From contig DF236992.1 of assembly GCA_000708835.1 (NCBI GenBank), positions 204,513 through 268,512 of the forward strand: a DNA stretch of 64,000 nucleotides, in the 5' to 3' direction. Below are positions 12,701 through 24,824 of the stretch, piece after piece. Position numbers and translations under genes: made by a program. The notes beneath the pieces are model-generated. The model worked only from the letters and a program-made list of their open reading frames with translations. It ran no database searches and was not told the DNA's origin. Each line of letters opens with the position of its first letter. Position 1 is the stretch's first letter. The DNA is from Klebsormidium nitens. Lineage: Eukaryota; Plantae; Klebsormidiophyceae.

Positions 12701-15700
12701 GTCCTTCCAGGCTCAGCATAAGACAAGACTTTAACGGCTCCCTCTTGACTCAATGCTGCAGCCCTGACATCGAAAAAGTATGGATATAACGCTTGCTATT
12801 GAAAATCCAAGTGCATGACTTTTTAACCGAAAATCTCTAAGCTCGAGAGCCCTCACTCGTAGCGCGTCTCGTCGAGCGCCATGATGGCGTTGAAGATGAG
12901 GTCGCAGGACGCCTCCACGAGCCCCACCGCCTTCATCGCCTTGATCCCCATCTGGCGCAGTGGCAGAGGCAGGGCATGAGGTCAGCAAGCGCTGCTTGAG
13001 AAACTTTTCCTTTGCTCAGGTTCTTCTCGAACGGAGCTGTCGGCCATGCGCTCATGATAGAAGGCTCGTTGTCAAGTCGAGTACAATAAGCGAACCGACA
13101 CGTCTGACCAAAAAGCAGATCTTATTACTTTGGAAGCCCAATTAGAGAGTAAGCCTGACTGACGATGTCAAGCAAGGAATGTTGGCGAAACATGAAACAT
13201 CCATAGAAGCAGGACTATACGTTTTTGTCACTGCTTTTGGCATCGCTGCAACGATTCAGCCGGTCCCCCTTTTGATGCGGTGTCAATACTCAGGCCTCGA
13301 GTCACTGGTGAGATTGATGTGCCGTTTCGTCAGACCGATCGTGGCTAAGGGCAAAAGTCCGACAGCAAAAACGAAGTGCCTGGACCTTCAATGGTGAGTC
13401 CTGCCCTTCACTTTCGAGTCCAACAGCCATTCTGTAACGTTTCGCTCGCTTTCTTGCGCCAGTACTCGGATTTGAACAGCAAGCTTTGCAGTTTCTTATG
13501 TCCAGTTACCAAGCAACTGGACCCATGCCGCAAAGAGCCTGATCAAAAGACCAAGTAAACCAAGAAGAGGAACAGGAGACAAAACTGAGAAGCAAGGGCC
13601 GTACCTCGGAGTCCGGAATCTCCTCGTAGAAGCGCAGCCCGTTGTCGCACGCGAGCAGCTTCCAGTGGCGATCCGGGGCGCGGGATGCCGCCTCCTGCTC
13701 CGCCGATGCCCAGTCCACAAACGTCTTCGGCAGGCCTGCGCAACGGGGGCAAAATCGCTTTCAAGAGACTCTTGCTGGCACCTGAAAGAGTCGATGCAAT
13801 CGCCATGAAATGCCCATCCTTTACTGTGTTTTGTCTGCATGTGCATCAGCAGAGTACGTGTGCTGCTCGCAGTTCAGCAGTCGTTGAAGAAAAGATGGAA
13901 ACTTGCAAATTCCGACTCCAATCTCGCTCAAACAAGTGGTTGGTTCATATCAGATAATTCCATGTGAGAAGCCCCAAACGACGATCCACCATGCAGAGGG
14001 CAACTCTGCACCTCCGATTGGTGACTAAACCTTTCTCACGATCAGCATGCCGCGGGTGATTCCGAACAGAAGAGACCGCTTGAGGAAAAAGCGTGCAAAG
14101 CGTGGGATTTTCAGGCTCACCTGGCCCAGTCGACTTGAGCCTGCGCATGGGCACCGGGGGCCGGGCGTCCTCCTTGCTGCTGCGGAAAGAGTCGCCCATG
14201 GATTCGCTGTACGGACGAAAAAGCAGGAATGAGACCACGCACTCCTGAGTCGTAAACGAATTGATTTGCAGCTTTTACTTTGTAATGCATCTTCAATGAC
14301 CCCTTCTCGACAAGTTGATTATCCAGTTGGTGGACCATGCAAGGAGGGGTCGTGCATGCGCTGAGGAGAGACTATTTTTAGAACGGGACTTCGTGCCGCT
14401 TATCAATTTTTATGCACTGAGGCATGGCTCCTGTCCCGTCGCCTTTGCCCAAGGGGAACCGTTCTTTGATGACTTTACTAACTTCCGTGCAAAACGCAGA
14501 TTGCGAATTGTTCCCCTTTCCGCAACATTGGTCCTTACACCACCTGAAGATCTGCACAACAGCCCTCGCCGATTGCACCTCCAGGCAAACCTGACCGTCG
14601 AACCATCAATGTACAATTTTCCAATTCGGCCAATGCATCAAGCTCAGATGTCAACACAAGGCAAACAAGAGGTTCGATGGATCCAGATCCTTGATGGAAG
14701 AAGGGGACAAAGAAACTTACGAGCTGTCCCAGTCAGCATCGGGGGAGCCAATGGACGGGCCCGTCAGGCTGTCGAGGCCGCTTGCAGTGAGCGCGCGCTT
14801 GATGAAGGATCCCGGATTCTGCTATGAGACAGAGACAAGGGCTCAATGCCCATACGTGTAGTGACTGGGGAGAATATGTGCATAAGTTGATGGTCATAAC
14901 CATAAATCTAGGGAGTCAACAGACCTGAGCCTGATGCCCCAGAAACAAGTGTCTGATTAGCAAAGCGGGAAGACGCAAAGTACTCATGTCAATCGAAATT
15001 TGCCAGTCCTTTGAGACAAACAGCAGTACTGTGCTTGCACCCGAAACTTCTCGAGCTTTTAGGACGCCCCAGGAAACTGGTTGTTAATCCAAAGGAGTTG
15101 GAAGCGACCGAGCCTCAATCTGGGACACACTCAGATAGCACGGGCCTGTCCTCCACAGCTCGGACACAATGAGCATAAGATCCCATGCAGCTCAAAGCAT
15201 CTACTCACGTTGCTGACTTTCTCGAGGGCCTCCTTCCAGACCGTGATCTCTTCCGGGCTTGACGCGCCAATCTGTACAGGGACAGAAAGACATGGGGAGT
15301 TTGGGTGGGGCTGCCGCACTGATTTGAACGCAGGATTGTCCTTTGAGAGATGCAAAAAGGTGGTGCCAGACCCTGCCTTAAACCCGCTCAACATCCGAAT
15401 CTGACCACTGCAAGCAGCCCCAGAACTGCCGAATCTCGCCGAGAGGGATCAGATATACAACCTAAGTTTAGGCTGTTGTAGGGTCTCTATCACTTTGAAA
15501 TCTCACAGACAAGCTCATCGTTGCTGACAAGCTTTGCTTGAAAGGGGGACAACGCACCTGTATCTGCTTGTGCCCCAGGGACTTCTGATAGAGCTCAATG
15601 CAATAAATTGCCTGCACAACAGGGCGGGCAAAATTGAAGGGGGCTTAGCACAAATGCGAGGATCTCTGCGGAATGGAAGTTTGAGGGGGGTCCAGAATGG

Positions 15701-17122
15701 CATGAGACAGAACTGTGAATTGAGACCCTTATGCCTACTGGTCATCTCTGTGGCACCATTTTACAGGCTTGAAAAGTTTCGGGGGTCCAGTTCATAAATG
15801 GAAAATGACCTGCACCACTGCACTGACGGAGAAAGACCTGTAACAGAGCAAACCAGACAGGTTGGTCATATCAACGAAATAATGGATGAAAGTACGGTCG
15901 CGTTCTTGGCCCGATTCGCAAAAATGATCGCGGGGGCCAGGTGCACTAAGTACATTTGCGCCAAAATGCAACATGTTTGGAACTTCTCTTCAAGTGTGTC
16001 ATATGGTGCTTCACTTTTTCCCTCCAGAAAGTGGCAAGAGTGACATCTGAACCTTCCACAATCCTCTGCAGCCTTTCTTCACACTACTTTTCCAGTAGAA
16101 TAGCGGCGTACTGCAATGCTACAGTCCGGTCTTAGCAAAGTGCAGAGAAGCAAGTGAGGCCAAGGACTCACATGGCCCTTGCGCATCTCCAGGCCCTTGT
16201 CATCAATCCGTGTGTCACCCTCAATGAGAATTGCTCGAATGGGAACCTGCACAGAAACAATGGGCAGACTTCCTGAGTCTTGCTTTTTGTCCTTCCTCTC
16301 TTGCGGTTGACGTAGGATCCTGAATGAACTTTCTCTGGCCCACGGCCGACTGCTCTTCTGAATCATCATCAGGAGGAGAAAAACAACGAAGGGCAACCAC
16401 CTCCTGCACTCAGCGGACTGGACACTGGTACATAGTCAGTCCCCAACCCACCTTTGATGCAGCGTTCGCAGGCGTTGAGCCATAATGCAGCAAAGCCAAG
16501 AGACGATCAACTCGACATGTGCTTGCCAGACCACATTGCGATCTGCATTGTCCAGAGCAGAACCAGGACGATCAGACTGGGTAGCATTGCACCTCATTAG
16601 CAGAGAAGACGCTCGGGGTGTTCTTACCTGCTTTCCGCTCGGCTTGTGCTTCCAATACGACAGCACCCGGCCCTCCAGGCAGAAGTAGCGCTTGTGCAGG
16701 TACCCCTTGCCGAACGAGCGGCGGCCCATCTTGAACAGCCAGCCCTCCAGCAGCCGCTGCGTGTGGGGCACCGGGATAGGGCTCGGCCGCTTGGGAATGT
16801 CGATCGACATGCTCGATGCGAGCGAGCCCCCCAGATCGCTGGTCAGGTGACGCAGCTCCCGAGGGGGGGGCATGCCCGCAAGAGACAGCGCTCTGTTCGG
16901 GGCCCCATTTGTTCTGTCCCCCCTTTTGTGTTTTGGATTGTTTGTTGGTGATGCGGTCGTGCTCTGGGGGTTAGGGGTTGTCGCTTTGGGGGGGCTGGCT
17001 GCGGGGGACTGGATCTTGTAAGGGGATCTAGCGGCGGCCAGCAGATTGTCCGGGTTGCTCAGTGTGCGGTTGAGCTTATGCTCCCCAAGTGTCTGCCGCT
17101 TGCCGCCCCGGCTGCTGTCCAT
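6781..17122 (-). CDS. EDR2: EDR2-like protein (PH + START + DUF1336/EDR2_C), about 18 exons
   Basis: PH: EGWLFKMGRRSFGKGYLHKRYFCLEGRVLSYWK. START: WKLLACDNGLRFYEE, MKAVGLVEASCDLIF, RDLCYTRYWRRKDDGSY, VEHVLQLDVRGW. DUF1336: WSEPGGRPFKVRG, NSRLKLIPSI, GSWIVKQSVG, IDVDIGSSVVA, ELPEELLGAVR. ATG at 17122, stop at 6781. Confidence 0.92.
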
Positions 17123-18866
17123 TGTGGCGGGACAGACGGGGGGAGGAGCTATGCCCACATTGCGAGAGCGCCCCGCGCAATCATTACGGGACTGCAGCCT
17201 CGGTCCCACATTCTGAATGCTCCAAAAGGATCAGTGCCCTTGAAGTAAGCGAAACAGGTGCCCGCTGAAAAGGACAAATGAGGGGCTAGACTGGCTGTGT
17301 GTCAGGAAACACGTGCACTTTGCATGTGGCCTTATGCAGACATGAAAACAGCCTGCATGCGCTGGACAACTTTGTGCCAATGCCTTAAATGCTGCCCTGT
17401 CTCCTGTTTAGAGCTTCCTTTGATGCAGCTAGGTTGAGGTTCCTGCTTCGCCCCTGACAGCATCAAGCTCAGAGATGCCCTGTAATGACTACATTTACCT
17501 ATATCGGCACTAAACCATACCCAGATGGTGCCCCACTGACTACAACCTAGAAGACAGGCTTTTGGGCTAAGGCTGAGACTTCCCTCTGACCGCAATACTG
17601 TCCACAAGAGGAGTGAAGCAAGATCTTTCAACCGATCTGCTCAAAACACCAACTGAAACAGGGGCACCTCCTTCTGGGCAGTTCGATCCACCCTGATTGC
17701 TGATCCTTTTACGCACCCCAAGGAGAGTTTTTCGCTGCAGCTCCGCAAAGATTCCCCAGGCTTTCTGCTCGGCCAGAACTTGTGTCGCTGTGGCGAGCTC
17801 GTTGCCCCTGAACCACCCCTGAACAGGCAGAATTTTAAGGCGCTATTTAGCAGAAAGCCCTCTCTCTAGCTCTCTCTCCCATTCATACTTGCACTCGTGC
17901 AAGCCTCGACTAGTGTGGAGCTCACTGGAGCATGATTGAGCAGGATTTCACCTTGAGAAAATGTGCAAACGACGAATGCGTGTAGGTACGCTGCAAGAGG
18001 ACATATAGGTAAGTGTATGGGCCCCAGCGAATCCATTTGGGCCCCACTGCGCAGTAGCTCTTGCTTATGCCAATGTTGTATGCATATTTCGCCGTTCGAT
18101 CATGGTGATGGACGGTAAGTAAGGAGTCAGAGCGCCAAAATCATCTGCTATTCGAATTGGGGGGGTTAGATTCGGGAGATTAATGATCAATGCCCTCAGG
18201 AAATTCAAGTCCAGAATTCCATGCCCGTATGCATTTGAATTTGACTGGTACCTTGATGCAGCATCAAGCAAGGTGCATGAGAAGACAAACAAACTTGAGC
18301 AAAGCACTGCACTGCACATGCAGAGCAAAGCATTGCACAAGACTCCCCATTCACTTTCAAGCTGACCAGAGCTAGCAGAGCCTCAGAGAGGAGCAGAACG
18401 GGCATTCTTCTGGTCTTTCCTTGATAGCTCTTTCTGTGTCCTCGAGTTGTGTGGCCAGGTCACCCGTAAGGTCTTCTGTACTACCTCGATCATCGGTTTC
18501 TTTAGCTTGATAATTGCGTGTCACCAACTGCTACAGTGCTAGCTGACGCAATGTGCTAAGGTGGGGCTGAAGCTGAGGGGGTTTAAGAAAAGGGACTTTC
18601 TTGCCTCATTCAGTCAACTCACTGACATCTCACTGAGACCGCCATCTCAGGAATCAGGACCTGGACTCTGGAGAAGCCACGTTCGACCTTACCACAACAT
18701 TAGCTTGCTGAATTGCTAGACTGTGAATGGTTCTTGTGCTCAAAAGTGAAGCACTTTCAGATATACAGTTGCCCAATCACCCCCAATAGATCGTAGTAGA
18801 GTTGTGCGGAATAGGTTATTTTAAGTCTCTTCCTATCATGAGGTTCTGAGAAGCGAAGCGCAGCAA

Positions 18867-21800
18867 ATGTCTGGTTTCCACCACCACCACAATGAGCACC
18901 ACGGCCACCTGGACGCCCTCGTCCACAGTGCGCTCGACGTGGGGGGCGTTCTCACGCATGATGACGAGTCTGAAGACAACGCGGACGATCATCGCGAGCT
19001 GCAGGAAGATGTCCCACACCGGAGCGTCAACAGGAGGGTCCGATGCGCGCTCTACTATGGGAGTCTGTCAGGAGACAGCTGCGTGCGCATCCTCAGCTGT
19101 GGGGATACTTTCGAGAAGGTGAGGGGATGGGGGAACTTGTTTGGAACCCGGTTGGTTGGCTAGATGCGTATGATTCGTGTCAGGTGCTGCAGAAGCGAAT
19201 TGTCATAGGTGCTACGCTGCTCGATCTCTCTGGCTTTGTTGGGAAGCTGTGGAAATAGGGCAAAGTAATTTGCAGTATCTATCTTTATAAGGGTGGGCCT
19301 TACGAGCCTGGACCTAGCTTGCAGGGGGATCCCTCGAGAGCATTGCAAGATATTGGGGGGCAAACGTGTCGCTGAAACTCAGTCTTTGCTTTCCTCAAGC
19401 GGGACCTTGTACTGCAGTTTCATTCTGCGGTGACCAAGTGGGTCGAAACAAAATCGCTGTCAACTGGCAAGTTGGAGCAGTTCACGATGCAGTACAGGGA
19501 CCCCATTGAAGCAGGTGAGGATTTTCACACTGATCTCACTGTTTCAACATTCAAGCCAAGAGGGTTATTGCTTTCGTTGTTGACGTGTTTCTCTGTTGGA
19601 TATTACACCGCAGTCTTCAAGCCTGCGTCTTCATTCCATGGGGCAGTCGTACAAGGTTGTTCAGTATCTGTCAGAATTGGATTTAAATTTTCTGATCGTA
19701 CTAGTGATTGCAAGGAGCAGAGGCCCCATTAAGTGCGTAGGTAACTTCGGCTGTCCCCAAGGTGGACCGATATGGTGCGATAAAACACAATGTTTAGACA
19801 GAAACTTTCGTCCTCCTGTCTGCCCTCCAGTTCAATACTACGAGGCACACACCATCTAGAAAGAGACGTTTCTTCCTGCTGTCTACACACCCCGCTTCTT
19901 CCCGCTGTCAGTAGAACGCTTCCTTGCCACGCAACCATGTTTCGGAGAATCCTTCAGAAAGGCAGGTTCGACATTCCGCAAACCTCAATCCTCTCCTTTT
20001 TGCAGTCAGAAGAGGAGGACGCCCCCTTGCCCCGCACCTCTTCTCGGAGGTTCCTCAAAAAACTCAGGGTCAAACTCTTGAATACTCACCCCGCTTGTTC
20101 CTGCAAGTAGGAGCGGAGGACGCCCTATTGTGGTGCAACCTACGTCGAAAGACTCTCACAAATCTTGATTTGAAACTCTAGATCCGTAACCCTCCCCTCT
20201 TTACACCAGGAGCGGAGGACGCTCCCTTGCTGCCCAAGTGACTGCTCGAAGGATGCGCCAGAAAAACGAAGTCAAATTCGGGAAGCTCAGCCCGCTTCTT
20301 CGTGCAACTAGAAGTGGAGGACGCCCCCTCGCTGCGCAACCTGTGCTCAGAGTAACTCTTTCCAAGTCATGTGGTTTTGATTCAAGGTGGGCATTGTGCA
20401 CTTACCCCGCTTGTTCGTGCAACTAGGCGCCGAGGACGCCCCCTTGCTGCGCAACCTGTGCTCGGAGGACGACTGGGATGCAGCCCTCCAGGACTTGTAC
20501 ATGCTTTCGACCATGGAGGAGGGGCGCGCCGCTGTTGGAGCCGTTGGGAGCATGCTCGTACGGCTAGACGTCCTCGTGCGGGCCGCGGACGACGCCGAGG
20601 CCAAGCGCTCGGGGAAGGCGAAACCGGCAAAGTGAGGGGCTTGGAAATGGTCTTGTATTGTGGTTTGGTCGAGTGTCATTGGTTCGTTCTCGTGAATGAT
20701 TAGTTTGAATTTGGCTGATAGCTGAGGCCTAGGGGTGGAATATCGGCTGCATGTTCACTACACGCACTTCGATTCTAGTCGAAGGTCTGTTTATCGACTT
20801 TCATGCAACGCATCGGGGTCTGTTTGCATTGAATGGTACTTTTTCTCGCGGCCTTGCAATATCCAAACTGACACGTGTTCAGGTTGATCTTTCGTCTCTG
20901 ATCCTGGCTCCTTGTCTTTGTCCTTCGTGCCTTGTCGGCTTGCCGCATGCTTTCTTCTTTTCTTTCGCGAAGGCGATCAATGCTTATTATCAGGTAGATT
21001 TATGCAGATGGACAATACCGTTTAGTGAAAATTCAAATATCAACTGATCAAGCTCATACCTGCCCCGCCAGCCCTCGTTACGTTCCCCCAAAGGCGCCTG
21101 TGCAGAACCAGTTGCAAGCTCAGACGTAAGGCATTCACTCTGCAACCTCCTTTTGCCTTCCGCCCACTTATGCCTACCTTCCGCAGGCTTTCCAGCTACG
21201 TCCCGCGGAAGACGCACCCGGGGGATCCCCCCGAGGAGGAGCCCCCCCGCAAGCGCGGCCGCCCGAAAACGGAACACCCGGGAGAGGAGGTCCTGTCACA
21301 GCTGCTGCCGGCGAAAGAGGTCTACAAGGTCCGTCTTGATTTCAGCTTGACGTGAGCCAGATTAAGATGCGAAATGGCCTGCGGAGGACCGCAAACACTG
21401 TCCTCGATACAAACTTAAGCGCTCCGCACCCGACAGCCCTAAAGTAGAGCTCACCATCACCTGGGCGCTGACCTATCTCAACCTCGCTATATCTCACTCT
21501 GAATGGCCTCACAGATGGTTTGGCTCATTTTCTAAGGTTGCCTTTCTAAACAACAACCCGAAACTATTTTCTCTGATTCGATTCGCTTCGCTCCTTTCCT
21601 CATGTCCCAAAACCGGAAGCGTATTGACGGTCGTATCGACGCTTCTGTCTACAAGGTGTTCAGCAAGCGGCTGCAGCCCGAGGGCCCCGAGAGCCTCCCG
21701 AAAGCGTGCCTCCTGGTAGAGCGCATGACGCGGCGCGAGGTGGCGGTGTTCCTGGAGTACAAGCACATGCTGCACCACGTGCTGAAACTAGAGCGGGGGG

Positions 21801-23529
21801 ACCTGGCGGGGTGAGCCTGCGGCCCTACTTTCTCGCACTTCTGGTATCATATGCGAGCAGAGCTTATACAGGGGACTTCTAGAAGAGTGAAGGCGGGCTA
21901 TGGGATAAGAAGGTGGTGCGAGGGTGCTGTCGAGGATGGTATATGGTGCACCTGCTCGAATCACGTCTACTGTTGATGAAGCTTTGGGTACGACGGATGC
22001 TCTCAAAAGGGACGAGTGCCACGAAGGAGCTTCTTCGTCCGGTTCTTAGAAATTGTTGGGGTACACCGTTTCCCAGGTTTTGTCCTCCTGGTGAGAGGGG
22101 GTTCCCTCATATTGTGCGTAAAAGACTTGCTCTAGCGCTCTGCTAAGCTTGTGGTCTGCTGCCGTTCTGCATACATGATGATCGACATCCAAAGCCCTCC
22201 GAGTGGACCTGGACAGTGTCTTAAAAACCCTCAAGGAAAAGTCGAACTGTCGCTCTTTCGAGTGTCCGGTCTCCCGTTCTATGTGTTCTGCCGCACCCCC
22301 CCTTTCCCACATGAAGCCATAGCGAGTGAGGCGAATCTCCACTTGAGACGATAATCTGCATTGGACGACTCCTCCCCCAACAGATACGTCGAACCGTTTC
22401 ATCGGGGACAATCTTCACTTGAGACGACAATCTGCATTGGACACTCCTCACTGAACAGATACGTCGAACCGTTTCATTGGGGACAATCAAAAAGTCTGCT
22501 CACATTTTCACCCTCCCCCCTCCTCTGCAGGAGCCGCGGCGCGGACTACCTCATCAGCCTGCAGCGCATGGCGTGCCCCATCTGCGGGCGCATCTTCGCC
22601 GCCAACGACCTCCAGTTCGCTAACCTGTGGGGGGCGCGCCGCCCGGGCGCCGACAACAAGCACCTCAACAGCCACACGAAAGACGACTCCCCGCTGCACG
22701 AGCGGGAAGCCGCGCAGCGCGTGATCCAGCGGCTGCACGACTGGAAGCAGAACGAGTGCAAGATGACGGTGCCCGGCCCTGCGGTGCTGCTCGAGCCGCC
22801 GCGGCCGGAGGCGCGGCCCGACTTCTTCTTCCCCGCTGGTAAGTATTTTGTTGAAGAGTTCCAGGGCTTCGAGTTGTCTGCAGGTGCGTGTGTCTACCGG
22901 GTCATTTGGCGGATTACGTCTTTCATACGCATTCCCCGCATCCTGTGTCTTTCTTTGAGTCTTGTCATGTTGTGCCTTGTTGTCCGTACCATCTTGTGAA
23001 ACGGAGAAATGCGCCGTGGTTGGTTGGAGCCCTTGTAACTCAGTGGAGGCCGTCTGTGTTTGTCTGCGGTGCTCAACCATCTTTGTCTCTGTGTGCGCTG
23101 CACGAGCCTGTCGTTTGCTTGCGGACAATTCTTTCGATCGAGCTTCACACCGAAACCCTGAAGATGGGCGAACGTGCTCACGTTGTCCTTTGGTGTGCAG
23201 GCATCGTGCCCAACGTTCTGCCGACGGGTGAGCCGCTGCCGGACGTGGGACAGCCGGGAGTGAACAGTGTGCGGCATGCCCAGTACGAAGCCGAGTACCA
23301 GCAGCAGATCCGGCGAAATCCAGAGCGGACTGCGGAGCGGAATCCGCCCCGACGAGAGCCTAAAATCATCTGGGACCGGAAAGTAGTCCTCCAGATTGAG
23401 GCTGCGCACCCGACGCTGAAACGGCTGGGGGAGCGGTATGAGGAGTTGGTTCCGCAGGGGATGTTTCTACGGCTGTCGCCCAATCTGCAGCAGCAAATGG
23501 TCACAGTGGACGTGCCGCAACTGCCATGA
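18867..23529 (+). CDS. Uncharacterised nuclear protein: His-rich N-terminus, PB1-like segment, AT-hook, atypical C2H2-like finger. Exons 18867-19118, 19418-19514, 20427-20631, 21196-21328, 21656-21810, 22531-22838, 23201-23529
   Basis: All seven exons join in phase. The apparent stop at 20635 lies within the donor AA|GTGAGG. Motifs RKRGRPK and CPICGRIF...KHLNSH. High GC3 in the exons. Confidence 0.75.
19889..20468 (+). repeat. Decayed tandem array (six units, ~100-115 bp period) of the 3' splice site plus start of exon 3
   Basis: Acceptor-equivalent AG positions at about 19911, 20009, 20110, 20209, 20311 and 20426 (functional), most followed by a variant of gcgccgaggacgcccccttgctgcgcaacc. 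Confidence 0.85.
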
Positions 23530-24824
23530 AGTGAGAGACCACGAAAGCGGTGTGTGGGCTTCCTGAGTCGCCAATAAGATGCCGACGGTCTGTCGTGGAA
23601 CCGTCCATGTTAGACAGCTGTACTAGCTAAGCGAGCAAACCAAAGCCCCGAGGTGATGGTTTTGATCCGTGGACTGACTGGGAGAGATCATTAGGATGAG
23701 CATTGGCGAAGAGTGCCAATTCAACGTTCGACTTTGAGGAATCACTAGAGACCACAATGAAAATGATGCTTCTGGGCTGACTCGGCAACTATCAGATTGT
23801 AAAAAACATGCGGTTGCTTGAAACGGGATCGTTACGAAAAGAGACCATCGTTCCAAAATCATATGAGGTCTGCACTTGAATTAAGTTTCAGTGTGCTATC
23901 ATGGTTTCGAAACTGCTGACCTTCTTAGTTTTACGAGAGAGTACTAACTTCTATATTCCAAAGTTCCCTTAATGCACTAATGAGAGCTAGAGAGCTAACA
24001 ATGCAGCTCATTGGTATACTAATGAGCTGAGTCAGCATCAGTGAAATTAAGAATTTGTGCCGGGTATAATCTGGCCTGCATGAGCATATTGGATTCATGG
24101 CGCCCCTTGTAGTCCACAGATCAGATCGTTTGGCCAAGATTGCGTACAGGACTCATCGTCGATCTGATCACTATATTTGTCACATGTGCATGCGCAGCTC
24201 CATACGTACGTACATCTAGATAGGGTGACCAGTAATACTTAAGCCGCTCCAGCTACATGGGAGTATTTACGGCCGCCACAGTTCATGACATGCAATTATT
24301 TACTGGCCGGAGTTACCCCAGTTGCCTCGGTGATCGACATGCATAATCCAAATTAGCTTACATCTGATTAAGTTATGCATGTACATCAAGCACCTAGAGT
24401 CAATTTATTAGAGCTTTGTTGAACGTCCTCAATTGGGATAATTACTGTGTCTAGAAATCCTCGATAATTATTATCGGGTACCTGCAGATTGTATGCCTCA
24501 ACCGCTTGGTGTAGCGCTTTCAACTACTCCTATGTACATATGTGTCTCAAACACTCAGTTGTAGGGGGGTGTTCCGTAAGAGCTGGCGTACTATGAGGCA
24601 ACTCGAAACAATCAGCCAACGGCTGATGCACATGGTGCAAGACAGGACTCTGGAAGAGCCTTGCACATAATGCACATAATGAATCCAACTTCACTTCAAA
24701 CCCAGATGCCTCTACAATGCGTGAGCGCCAACATGCGCGCACCCCTGTCTAATTGGGGTCACCAAACGGGCTCCAGCGGATGCACTTTGCTGCTCAGCCA
24801 AACCCCCTGAGCTTTTCAGCTCTT

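Noticed and set aside
14315-14827. 170-aa plus-strand ORF
   Set aside because: Antisense to an EDR2 exon and intron, with no domain signal.
18183-18365. Apparent similarity of the MINALRKF ORF to MINDAFVKF at ~30650
   Set aside because: Only a few residues match and the nucleotide alignment does not extend; probably chance.
19889-20468. CRISPR-like interpretation of the spaced repeats (also 22334-22488 and 48685-48798)
   Set aside because: The context is eukaryotic and intronic, the repeats are degenerate and explained by exon-junction or tandem duplication, and there are no cas genes.
24219-24230. TAGGGTGACCAG, resembling a hAT terminal repeat, in an AT-rich intergenic region
   Set aside because: I found no matching inverted partner or 8-bp TSD in the window.
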